Shown here: positions 1 to 8,275 of the stretch, one piece after another
Layout of the letters: every line of letters begins with the position of its first letter
Numbering within the stretch: the stretch's first letter is position 1
Origin: Saprospiraceae bacterium
GTDB lineage: Bacteria > Bacteroidota > Bacteroidia > Chitinophagales > Saprospiraceae
Direction of reading: 5' to 3'
Assembly (NCBI GenBank): GCA_965223405.1
Contig: CBDCWO010000006.1
Coordinates: forward strand, 2,904,364 to 2,968,363
DNA: 64,000 bases
Made by a program: the position numbers and the translations under genes
Notes under the pieces: model-generated
The model's database searches: none
What the model saw: only the letters and a program-made list of their open reading frames with translations
Told to the model about the DNA's origin: nothing

Positions 1-221
1 GGTATAACGATAAAGGTCGCCCATTGGTCTGCGAAATTTATTTCGCAGTCTCTAAGAAAACAAATAAACCTGCCAGCGCAGGCTGGTTTGGTTGACCATT
101 GGACTCAAAAAAGTATATATTTTACCCAAATAATCTTTCAAAGGCAGGTTAAACCGCATACGACGATTTCTTTGACATTTTCTCTTTAGAACATCAATAA
201 AAAGTATAGTTGGTACGAAAT

Positions 222-249
222 CTTTTCGGAGTAGACTCACTAGTACTAG
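222..249. repeat. Isolated terminal inverted repeat of MITE family A, the end of an element that runs off the left edge
   Basis: cttttcggagtagactcactagtactag matches the right TIR plus junction of the 276-bp units at 6.5-7.0 kb. The upstream body (1-221) is unrelated to those units. The TIR overlaps the stop codon of CDS 246-2138. Confidence 0.5.
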
Positions 250-2138
250 TCAGCGGATAAACGAACCCGAATCGTGTCGTTGCCAGCTTGCAACCTATGG
301 GGTGGAAATCGAAGCTCAATTCTTTTTAGATTTTTGATGCGCCGGTCCAACTTCAGTGGAGGAGGATCAAGTGAGATTACCGCTATCGAAAGATCAGGGT
401 GAGACAAAACTTCCATTTTTAACTTTTTCCCCTGTTGGGATAAGATAGCTCCTCCTTCTACGGTTTGTACTTCAGCAGTAGTAATCAATTGCCAGGTTAC
501 CGAGCGGGTTTCATCGTTAATCTTTATTTCATCTTCTATCAGTAGTGAAGCCGTACCTTCTTTGACAAATCTACGAGTAGCCTGGGACAATTGGTTCCCA
601 AACACTGGTGAGAGATCAAAGCTAACTTCCGGTTGACTACCGGTTTTAAAATCTAAAATGGTCGCCTGACCGTCTACCTGATGAAGCTCATTATTTACGG
701 TTAGGGTACTGTGTCCAAAATTATTTTTAGTCAATAGGCGCCAGCGCTCACATTCCTGACAGCGTCCCCAAAGTTCAAAGCCGGTTTTTTCCAATTCATG
801 ATAAGGCTGATTGCCGGGATCGATGACCCAACGTACTCCATTCAACTCAAACACAAAAGAGCCCGCATCCATATTCCCATGGTTGACAGATCCCCGACCT
901 CCTTTACAGCCTAAATAGTATTGATTAGAATCATTATGGTCACCTCTGATGATTGCTATCGGATTGGTGCCGGAGCCCTTCCAGGCGAGCGGTAATGCAT
1001 TTGATTTTTTCCCTTCAAATTGCGAAATCCAAACCAATGATGCCCCGGCATGCCGACTGAGTTTTCCCATTTTTTCAGCCGGAATTGAAAATCGGTCAAG
1101 TTCAAAAAACATGGAATTTCCGGTTTTGGTAGCAAACCAGGCTAAGGTCAAGTCCCCATTATTTGCTCGTCGGTCCCCACAGTCAGCAAAATTATAGTAT
1201 CCGCCCGAAGGAGCAACCGTCAATACGCGAAATAAAGCACTTTCCATAAATCCTGGAGACTTGCTGATTCCAAAATCAGTGCCCAACGCACTTTCTAACA
1301 TGGCAATGGTCAGTACCGTAAATCCGGTTCCATAACCCCAGTAAGTGGATCCTTCGGGATAGACACCATCGGGTTCGTATTCGGCCAAAGCATAGGGTAT
1401 TCCCTCGAGCGCCCTGCGGATGGTTTTTACTGCTAATTCCGGATTCTCTTCGGCGATGACCAGAGAAGCGGCAATCATGCCTGCATGGCATACCTGATTC
1501 CAATTGTTGGTACCCTTGATCCACCAGGTATTACCGGTCTCATCATAACTTGGTAGCAATCCTTTCTCGATTAAGGCTTTTTTACCCAATTTGATAGATT
1601 CGTCCGGTAATTGTCCGGCAGTCCAGTCCAACGCCAGGGCAACCGCCAGCGACATCTCGGCCACATCCAGATAATGGGAAGGATTCCAATCCGAAAAGTT
1701 ACATACTGCCAGCAACTCCCGATTGATCCGGTCCAGGACCTTCGGATCCCTTTCCATGCGATAGGTCATTCCGAGAATGTTCATTCGATAGAGCATTTCC
1801 CTGGATGTGGACAACAATCGGCGTCCGATCATTACCCTTTTTAACAAAGGTTGTTTTTGGATTTGCTTGGCATTGTATTGCAGCGCTTGATACAGGTTTT
1901 GCACTACGGTGTCTGATCGTGACTTTTGACGGAGATCGTTTTCCAGTCTTTTGTTTAGGATCAGTCGGGGAGATTCCGGGGTCAGATTTTCTTTTAAATA
2001 TTGAACCGTGACCGGATTTTCAAGCGCATGCTCTTGAGCCTGAATCGGCATCCATAGGATAATTACAAAGAATACTCCAAATATCGATTTGACTAGGAAG
2101 TTATCCATAATTCTAATTTGTCTTGTGGTAATGAACAT
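246..2138 (-). CDS. Heparinase II/III family polysaccharide lyase, secreted
   Basis: 630-aa ORF with an N-terminal hydrophobic signal. It has an alginate-lyase-like N-terminal half and the NHGNMDAGSFVFELNGVRWVIDPG block typical of the heparinase II/III C-terminal domain. Confidence 0.8.
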   Translation of the reverse strand: MFITTRQIRIMDNFLVKSIFGVFFVIILWMPIQAQEHALENPVTVQYLKENLTPESPRLILNKRLENDLRQKSRSDTVVQNLYQALQYNAKQIQKQPLLKRVMIGRRLLSTSREMLYRMNILGMTYRMERDPKVLDRINRELLAVCNFSDWNPSHYLDVAEMSLAVALALDWTAGQLPDESIKLGKKALIEKGLLPSYDETGNTWWIKGTNNWNQVCHAGMIAASLVIAEENPELAVKTIRRALEGIPYALAEYEPDGVYPEGSTYWGYGTGFTVLTIAMLESALGTDFGISKSPGFMESALFRVLTVAPSGGYYNFADCGDRRANNGDLTLAWFATKTGNSMFFELDRFSIPAEKMGKLSRHAGASLVWISQFEGKKSNALPLAWKGSGTNPIAIIRGDHNDSNQYYLGCKGGRGSVNHGNMDAGSFVFELNGVRWVIDPGNQPYHELEKTGFELWGRCQECERWRLLTKNNFGHSTLTVNNELHQVDGQATILDFKTGSQPEVSFDLSPVFGNQLSQATRRFVKEGTASLLIEDEIKINDETRSVTWQLITTAEVQTVEGGAILSQQGKKLKMEVLSHPDLSIAVISLDPPPLKLDRRIKNLKRIELRFPPHRLQAGNDTIRVRLSAD

Positions 2139-2378
2139 ATGAATACCGGTATGCTTATCTGTAAATATAAAGAGATCTGGAGGGTGATTACACTTTAGTA
2201 AGTGTTTATTCCCATTTATTTAGTCACCAAAATCGCAAACTTTACCAATAGTTGTATCGAGTTGAATGATTTACTTCTTGATCTAACCCTTGTTGCAGGT
2301 TTAGAAAAAGGGAAATACCAACGTTCCGGGTTCTCAATTAATGAAATAAATTCAATATAAATACTCAGCATAGATCTG

Positions 2379-2540
2379 GAAGTGATTTAAGAACAAATTG
2401 TTAATTGATTTGCATGCCATTGATTCTCAATACGTCAGCTTTATCTCGATCCATAACTGTGGCTATGAATCTCAAAAAGAGCTTCGTCTTGAAAATCAAG
2501 CGCATACAACTCATTTTAACATCTGTTTTTAAATCACTTC
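2379..2540. mobile_element. MITE-like element family B, copy 1 (162 bp)
   Basis: Terminal inverted repeats gaagtgatttaagaaca / tgtttttaaatcacttc. A diverged second copy with the same ends lies at 57259-57440. It has no coding capacity. Confidence 0.6.
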
Positions 2541-2620
2541 CTGTAAAAAATAAGCATGGAGGATGTCGAAAGGACCTTAAGATTTTTCGTTAAAAAAATC
2601 TTAGAGTCTTGATTTTCTTT

Positions 2621-2700
2621 GTCTCCGACGCGCCATAGTCGCTCTGGCGACGGAGCGGTTCGTTTCTTGCATCAAGGCAAGAAATGAACGCCGCGCCGGC
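2621..2700. other. GC-rich structured island (two adjacent hairpins) in an AT-rich spacer
   Basis: An imperfect hairpin ctccgacgcgcc...ggcgacggag is followed by a 12-13 bp stem, ggttcgtttcttgc-atcaag-gcaagaaatgaacc-like (about 2658-2689). Local GC is far above the flanking sequence. Confidence 0.4.
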
Positions 2701-3020
2701 GAGGTGTGTCATAATTGACAAATTGTTTAATAATTCCATTATTGTGTTTTAGTTTTTGCTCTATGCTTGTAGTTTACTCGTTCCTTGTTAATCTTTTTTT
2801 CTCCTTCCTTTTTCGGATGACAAATTAACAATTTGTTGTCGTCTAGTCGCTAAGAACATTTGCATATTGCTTTAAGTTCGGATTAGCAACTTGGACGTTC
2901 TGGGTTTTATGTGAAGAATTAAATTCAGTACTTATTATTCATTATTGCACTTTTTGGTTCTAGCTCACCCAGCTTAGTTTTTAAACGACAAAGTCAGTGA
3001 ACACCCAGTCGGACATTGAA

Positions 3021-4193
3021 TCACTTACCACCAATACCCAGATATTTCATCACCATGTCATCACCCTGTAATGCTGTTTCCGGTCTGGGAGTTTGGGTAG
3101 TGAAAATCTGGAGTTTTTCTTTTGGCAGGATAGTCACAAAATCCTCCAGGTATCCTTCCTCGTAAGGGATGCGATTTTTATTCAATCTGAGGTGGTGGGC
3201 CAAAAAATTATAGGCGGCAGTTCTTTTAGAATAACCATAGTCATGTTTTTCTGCTGGTAAATGGACATTTTCGATTTTATGTTCGGCATCGTAAAGAGCA
3301 TAGACCCTGCGAATATAGGGGTATTCGATTCGTGGCGTATTGCGTGTCCAATCGCCACCATTCGAAATCAACATCATCGGTCGCGGCGCACACAAAGCGG
3401 CAATTTCAACATTATTGGTCTGATGGTGGGCACTCTTGTGTACAGGCATTCCACTTTCACAAATGCAACCGCCGAAAAAGTGGGCCGACACTTGTACTAC
3501 CGGAACCGAAACTTTGATGCGGTTGTCAATTGCGGTAAGCATAAAGGTTTGGGTACCTCCTCCCGAACCACCGGTCATACCTATTCTTTCGGGATCGACT
3601 TCAGGTAAAGAAAGCAGATACTCCAATACTCTTTTACTATTCCAGGTCTGCAATAATAGCGCGATCGGCATCCGGTGATTCACCTGATTGGATTCACCAT
3701 ATCCGATCATATCATAAGCGAAGACGATAGCTCCCATCCTGGCAAGTACTGCACTTCGTTTTTGTACATCTTCTCTAAAACGCTTATCACTAAGATGTCC
3801 ATGGGGGCATAGTATCGCGGCATGCCTTCCGTTGACCTCTAGTGGTTTATACAAATTTCCCGTGATATAGAATCCAGGAAAGCTCTCAATCGTTATATTC
3901 TCTACGCTATATCCGTCCTGCTTTTTATAACCTCTGATAATCGGATTAAAGGCCTGGTCAATGATGGGCATTTTATCCAATTGCATACCCTGAATAATGC
4001 CTTGTTTGATTACCTCACGTCTTTTCTCCCAGGATTCCTGATCAGTCCACTTGGAAGCAAATTCTTTCATCTTCAGATTCGCTTCATCTTCGGTCCAGTG
4101 ATAACCCATACATAGTTCAGCATCTTGACTGGATAAACTTAGAGATGTTAAGCACAGAAATATGGAGGTAAATAGTCTCATTGTCAAATTCAT
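3021..4193 (-). CDS. Alpha/beta-hydrolase carbohydrate esterase (acetyl-xylan-esterase/dienelactone-hydrolase-like), secreted
   Basis: 390-aa ORF with a signal peptide, a nucleophile elbow GMTGGSGGG (GxSxG) and a conserved His-rich C-terminal part. It sits between the lyase and sulfatase genes. Confidence 0.7.
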   Translation of the reverse strand: MNLTMRLFTSIFLCLTSLSLSSQDAELCMGYHWTEDEANLKMKEFASKWTDQESWEKRREVIKQGIIQGMQLDKMPIIDQAFNPIIRGYKKQDGYSVENITIESFPGFYITGNLYKPLEVNGRHAAILCPHGHLSDKRFREDVQKRSAVLARMGAIVFAYDMIGYGESNQVNHRMPIALLLQTWNSKRVLEYLLSLPEVDPERIGMTGGSGGGTQTFMLTAIDNRIKVSVPVVQVSAHFFGGCICESGMPVHKSAHHQTNNVEIAALCAPRPMMLISNGGDWTRNTPRIEYPYIRRVYALYDAEHKIENVHLPAEKHDYGYSKRTAAYNFLAHHLRLNKNRIPYEEGYLEDFVTILPKEKLQIFTTQTPRPETALQGDDMVMKYLGIGGK

Positions 4194-4220
4194 TTGATGT
4201 TGATTTGGGGATATTCAAAT

Positions 4221-5564
4221 TTACATATTCGCATCAAATTGTTCCATCAAATCAGATAGTTTACGTACGATATCGGGATATTGATCTGCCAGGTTTTCCG
4301 TTTCTTCAATATCCCGATCCAAGTCATATAAAGAAATTGGAAATTTTCCCTGCTTCGGTTCTGACCATCCGATACTCTTTTTCAGGTGAAGTTTCCACTT
4401 TCCTAATCGAATGGCTTCTAAATCTCCATTACGCGCATAATAATAAAAAGGGCGTTCGGCCACTTTCGAGTCATTTGGTTGCATCAGGTAATTACTAATA
4501 TCAATTCCATCATATTTGAGATCAGGGGGAATCTGGGATCCGGAGAATGTGGCCAAAGTGGGTAGCAGATCCAATGTGGTCACCATTTCATTACTTACGG
4601 TACCCGCAGCGATTTTGTTCGGCCAGGTGATGATGCCGGGCACGCGTTGCCCACCTTCCCAAGTTTGCGCTTTTTTCCCCCGCAGTGGTTTTGCAGAACC
4701 CACTTGGGGTCCATTGTCGGAGGTGAAAATGAAAATCGTATTGTCATACAATCCTTCTTGTTTTAATGTTTTGGTAAGTTCTCCGACGCTCCAATCCAAT
4801 TCCATAATGACGTCTCCATACATTCCTTGTTGACTTTTTCCTTTAAAATCCGGCGAGACGTGTAATGGAGTATGAGGCATATTGTGTGCCAGGTAAATGA
4901 AAAATGGGGTTCCTTGATTTTCTTTTATTTGCCGGATGGCTTCCTCAGTATACCTTTTAGTCAAAAATCTTTGATCCGGACCGCTTTCGATTAGTTCCTG
5001 GTTTCGATGTAATGGAAGTGGGGGAGACTGAAATTCATTGTGATTGTAGTAATGATTGTCCATATCATTGGAATAGGGTACTCCGAAATATTCATCGAAC
5101 CCATGATTGTTGGGCATAAATTGGGGCAGATGTCCTAAATGCCATTTTCCAATACAAGAAGTAAAATAGCCGTTATCCCGCAACATTTCTGCCATGGTAT
5201 GGGTTTCCGGAGGAAGTCCATCCTCAGAATATGGAAAGAGCACCGCTTCATGAAGGTTGTGCCGTTTTGGATACAGACCCGTTAGTAACCCGGCTCTGGA
5301 TGGGGTACAAACCGTCGCCGGTACATAAAAGTTTGTAAAACGAATGCCCGCTTGAGCCAGTTGATCTAAATGTGGGGTTGTATATCCTTTGGCCCCGAAG
5401 CATCCCACATCCGCATATCCCTGGTCGTCGGTAAAAAAGATGATGATGTTGGGCTTGCTACCGGCAAAATTGCTTTGATTGGGGCATGCGGAAATAACAA
5501 TAATAAGTATGACACAGCCCAATACTTTTTTGATGTATTTAGAAATTTCGTTCTTCACTTTCAT
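4221..5564 (-). CDS. Arylsulfatase-family sulfatase (formylglycine-dependent)
   Basis: 447-aa ORF with a lipoprotein-like signal, the IIFFTDDQG metal-binding start and the CTPSRAGLLTG formylglycine motif (C-x-P-x-R). Confidence 0.9.
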   Translation of the reverse strand: MKVKNEISKYIKKVLGCVILIIVISACPNQSNFAGSKPNIIIFFTDDQGYADVGCFGAKGYTTPHLDQLAQAGIRFTNFYVPATVCTPSRAGLLTGLYPKRHNLHEAVLFPYSEDGLPPETHTMAEMLRDNGYFTSCIGKWHLGHLPQFMPNNHGFDEYFGVPYSNDMDNHYYNHNEFQSPPLPLHRNQELIESGPDQRFLTKRYTEEAIRQIKENQGTPFFIYLAHNMPHTPLHVSPDFKGKSQQGMYGDVIMELDWSVGELTKTLKQEGLYDNTIFIFTSDNGPQVGSAKPLRGKKAQTWEGGQRVPGIITWPNKIAAGTVSNEMVTTLDLLPTLATFSGSQIPPDLKYDGIDISNYLMQPNDSKVAERPFYYYARNGDLEAIRLGKWKLHLKKSIGWSEPKQGKFPISLYDLDRDIEETENLADQYPDIVRKLSDLMEQFDANM

Positions 5565-5876
5565 GATGACTTAGGTATAAGAGAGGTAAAAGGTAATTAA
5601 AATATTGTTTAAAAGGGAAATTGGAAGCGGTATCATCTGATGATGAAATGACAAAACCTCCGGTCGTCTGAAAAGAATGCAGGGAATAAGATGAGCCTTG
5701 AACGAGTAAACTACAACCACAAACCAAAAAATTACAAAACACAACCAACTTTTGACTATTTGTAGGTAGAAGTAATTGACCAAGTGTCGAATTCGGTATC
5801 GAATTTGCAACAGTAAACTCAACATCCGATGTGACCATCTGAAAACTCAACGTCTAATTATCAAAATTGTCTTGTT

Positions 5877-6479
5877 GTGGAAAATATTCAACTTCTCATT
5901 TCAGAAATTCAAAATAGATTGCAATCCGGATTATCGTCACGATTGACCTATCATCATTTTGATCACACCCTTTCGGTTGTTGCCACATGTAACCAGTACA
6001 TTGCACATTATGGAATTGATAAAAAGCAGGCTCAATTACTACGACTGGCAGCATGGGGGCATGATTTGGGATTTGTCAATACCTATAAAGATCATGAAGT
6101 GGAAAGTGCCAGACTTACGGCTGAGTTGATGTCCAAGTATGGATATGACAAGGATGACATTCAAATAGTGGAATCCCTGATTCTGGCAACCCGCATACCA
6201 CAGTCTCCCAATACATTGCTGGAAAAGATCCTATGTGATTCAGATTTGGATTATCTTGGTAAGGCCAATTATTTTCCCATCAGTAATACACTATACCAAG
6301 AGTTAAAAAGTTATGGTGTAATCCAAGATGAAGACCATTGGTTGGACTTGCAAATCTCCTTTTTAAAAAAGCACCATTATCATACCCTATTTGCCCGAAC
6401 CCATCTTGCTCCTCAGAAAGAACAAGTTTTACAAAAATTACAAAAACAAAAACAGGATTCGTTCAACTCAGCAGCTTAA
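5877..6479 (+). CDS. HD-domain phosphohydrolase
   Basis: 200-aa ORF with a GTG start. It carries the H...HD signature (YHHFDHTLSV, WGHDLGF) and a later D (CDSDLDYLG). Confidence 0.75.
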   Translation: MENIQLLISEIQNRLQSGLSSRLTYHHFDHTLSVVATCNQYIAHYGIDKKQAQLLRLAAWGHDLGFVNTYKDHEVESARLTAELMSKYGYDKDDIQIVESLILATRIPQSPNTLLEKILCDSDLDYLGKANYFPISNTLYQELKSYGVIQDEDHWLDLQISFLKKHHYHTLFARTHLAPQKEQVLQKLQKQKQDSFNSAA

Positions 6480-6488
6480 CTAGCTAGC

Positions 6489-7044
6489 CTAGTAATAGTG
6501 AGTCTACTCTGAAAACTGTCATATAAAAAGAATACTTGAAATAATGCAAAATATTGTATACTCCCCCGCCACCCTAACCCTAAAGGGCCTCCGCCCACAA
6601 ATCCATTCTTTACCCTAGCCCAAAAGGGAATGCAGTCGCGCATTCATTTACAGCAAGTTATGCGGGAGGACTTTCCTTTAGGAGTCGGAGGCGAGCGTGG
6701 GCAAATTCTAAAACCAAATTATATTTACCGAAGGCTTTGATGTTGACTTTTCGGAGTGGACTCACTAGTACTAGTGAGTCTACTCTGAAAACTGTCATAT
6801 AAAAAGAATACTTGAAATAATGCAAAATATTGTATACTCCCCCACCACCCTAACCCTAAAGGGCCTCCGCCCACAAATCCATTCTTTACCCTAGCCCAAA
6901 AGGGAATGCAGTCGCGCATTCATTTACAGCAAGTTATGCGGGAGGACTCTCCTTTAGGAGTTGGAGGCGAGCGTGGGCAAATTCTAAAACCAAATTATAT
7001 TTACCGAAGGCTTTGATGTTGACTTTTCAGAGTAGACTCACTAG
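6489..7044. mobile_element. Two tandem 276-bp MITE-like units (family A), each bounded by about 21-bp TIRs
   Basis: Unit 1 is about 6497-6768 and unit 2 about 6773-7044. They differ by only a handful of substitutions. Each starts with agtgagtctactctgaaaa and ends with ttttc(g/a)gagt(g/a)gactcact. The units are joined head to tail through actagtactag. Confidence 0.65.
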
Positions 7045-7050
7045 TGGTTT

Positions 7051-8084
7051 AACGTGAATAATGGATAAAAAAACTGTTGTTTTAATTTAAAACATAGGAG
7101 GATATTTAATATATTAACAGTTGAAACACAATTAAATAATATTAAACTCCTCCATATGTTTGATGATAAAATTACAGAAATTTATGTTGCTGTGGATGAC
7201 TTTTATAAAGAATTCTCTCAACAAATTCAATATTTCAGGCTTCAAGACGGTAAAAAATGTACACGCAATAGGAAAAGTAGACTATCAGACTCTGAAATGA
7301 TGACCATATTGATATGCTTTCATCATAGCCATTACACTAATTTCAAGTCATTTTATAATGAAATGGTTAGACGATATTGGATGCACTTGTTTCCTGATCT
7401 TGTTTCCTATGAACGGTTCAACCAAACACAGCAAAAAGTAATAATTCCTCTACTATTATTCCTCAAACAGTATGGATTAGGTTGTAGTAGAGGTATCAAT
7501 TTCATAGATTCTACTACGATTAAGGCATGTCATATTAAGCGAGAAAAACAACATAAAGTAATGAAGGGGTTTGCAGCAAAAAGTAAAGGTACCATGGGTT
7601 GGTTCTATGGTTTCAAGTTGCATTTAGTAATTAATGATATGGGAGAAATTCTGAGTTTTTACCTAACAAAAGCCAATGTAGATGATCGTAACCTACAGGT
7701 AATCACTTCTTTAACTGAAAACATATTTGGAAAACTTTACGGGGACAGAGGCTATATTTCAAAAGCTCTGGCCGACTTTTTATGGAATGATGGTGTACAT
7801 CTAATTTATAAAACACGCAAAAACATGAAAGATCAAAATCTATCAGATATCGATAAAATCCTCTTGAGAAAAAGAGCTCTTATCGAATCGGTCAATGATG
7901 AATTGAAAAATATCTGTTCTATTGAACATTCCAGACATAGAGCCCCTAAAGGGTTTTTTATAAATCTGGTTGCTGGGTTAATAGCATATCAGTTCTTACC
8001 AAAAAAACCTTCTTTGAATATCTCAACTGAAAAAACTGATAATTTACAGCTCCTCCTTACAGCCGCTTAAACATTATTCACGTT
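7051..8084 (+). mobile_element. IS982-family insertion sequence (1034 bp)
   Basis: Terminal inverted repeats aacgtgaataatgg / acattattcacgtt (13 of 14). It is flanked by a 5-bp direct repeat GGTTT (7046-7050 and 8085-8089) and contains a single transposase ORF. Confidence 0.8.
7156..8070 (+). CDS. IS982-family DDE transposase
   Basis: 304 aa. The N-terminus KITEIYVAVDDFYKEF is typical of IS982 transposases. The DDE-type core contains IDSTTIKA, YGDRGYIS and IESVNDELKN. Confidence 0.85.
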   Translation: MFDDKITEIYVAVDDFYKEFSQQIQYFRLQDGKKCTRNRKSRLSDSEMMTILICFHHSHYTNFKSFYNEMVRRYWMHLFPDLVSYERFNQTQQKVIIPLLLFLKQYGLGCSRGINFIDSTTIKACHIKREKQHKVMKGFAAKSKGTMGWFYGFKLHLVINDMGEILSFYLTKANVDDRNLQVITSLTENIFGKLYGDRGYISKALADFLWNDGVHLIYKTRKNMKDQNLSDIDKILLRKRALIESVNDELKNICSIEHSRHRAPKGFFINLVAGLIAYQFLPKKPSLNISTEKTDNLQLLLTAA

Positions 8085-8275
8085 GGTTTAAGAACAAAAT
8101 AGTAAGAGGTTATAACTCGATCTTTTTCCCAATATCATCGTTGAAAAGCCTCGACGTAACTATGGTTATACCTACGTTTTTCAACTTGATCTTAGAAAAA
8201 ATCTACATCGTTCTAACCTCACATTACTTCGTTCTTAAACCTCTAGCCTTTGACATCATAGGTATACTGTTGGAT

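Noticed and set aside
52-240. 62-aa minus-strand ORF starting inside the TIR, considered as the N-terminus of a transposase of the parent element
   Set aside because: No recognisable transposase motif. The ORF is short and truncated by the window edge, so the evidence is insufficient.
246-5564. Calling the lyase, esterase and sulfatase trio a polysaccharide utilisation locus
   Set aside because: No SusC/SusD-like pair or regulator is present in the window, so only the individual enzyme calls are supported.
5539-5850. Two overlapping minus-strand ORFs (103 and 84 aa) in the divergent spacer between the sulfatase and HD genes
   Set aside because: They overlap each other in different frames, their peptides are low-complexity, and one overlaps the sulfatase start. 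They are most likely non-coding promoter region.
6489-7044. CRISPR array (also considered for the hexamer tracts at 43130-43276)
   Set aside because: The repeats are contiguous, with no unique spacers. The unit sizes (276 bp and 6 bp) are wrong, and no cas genes are present in the window.
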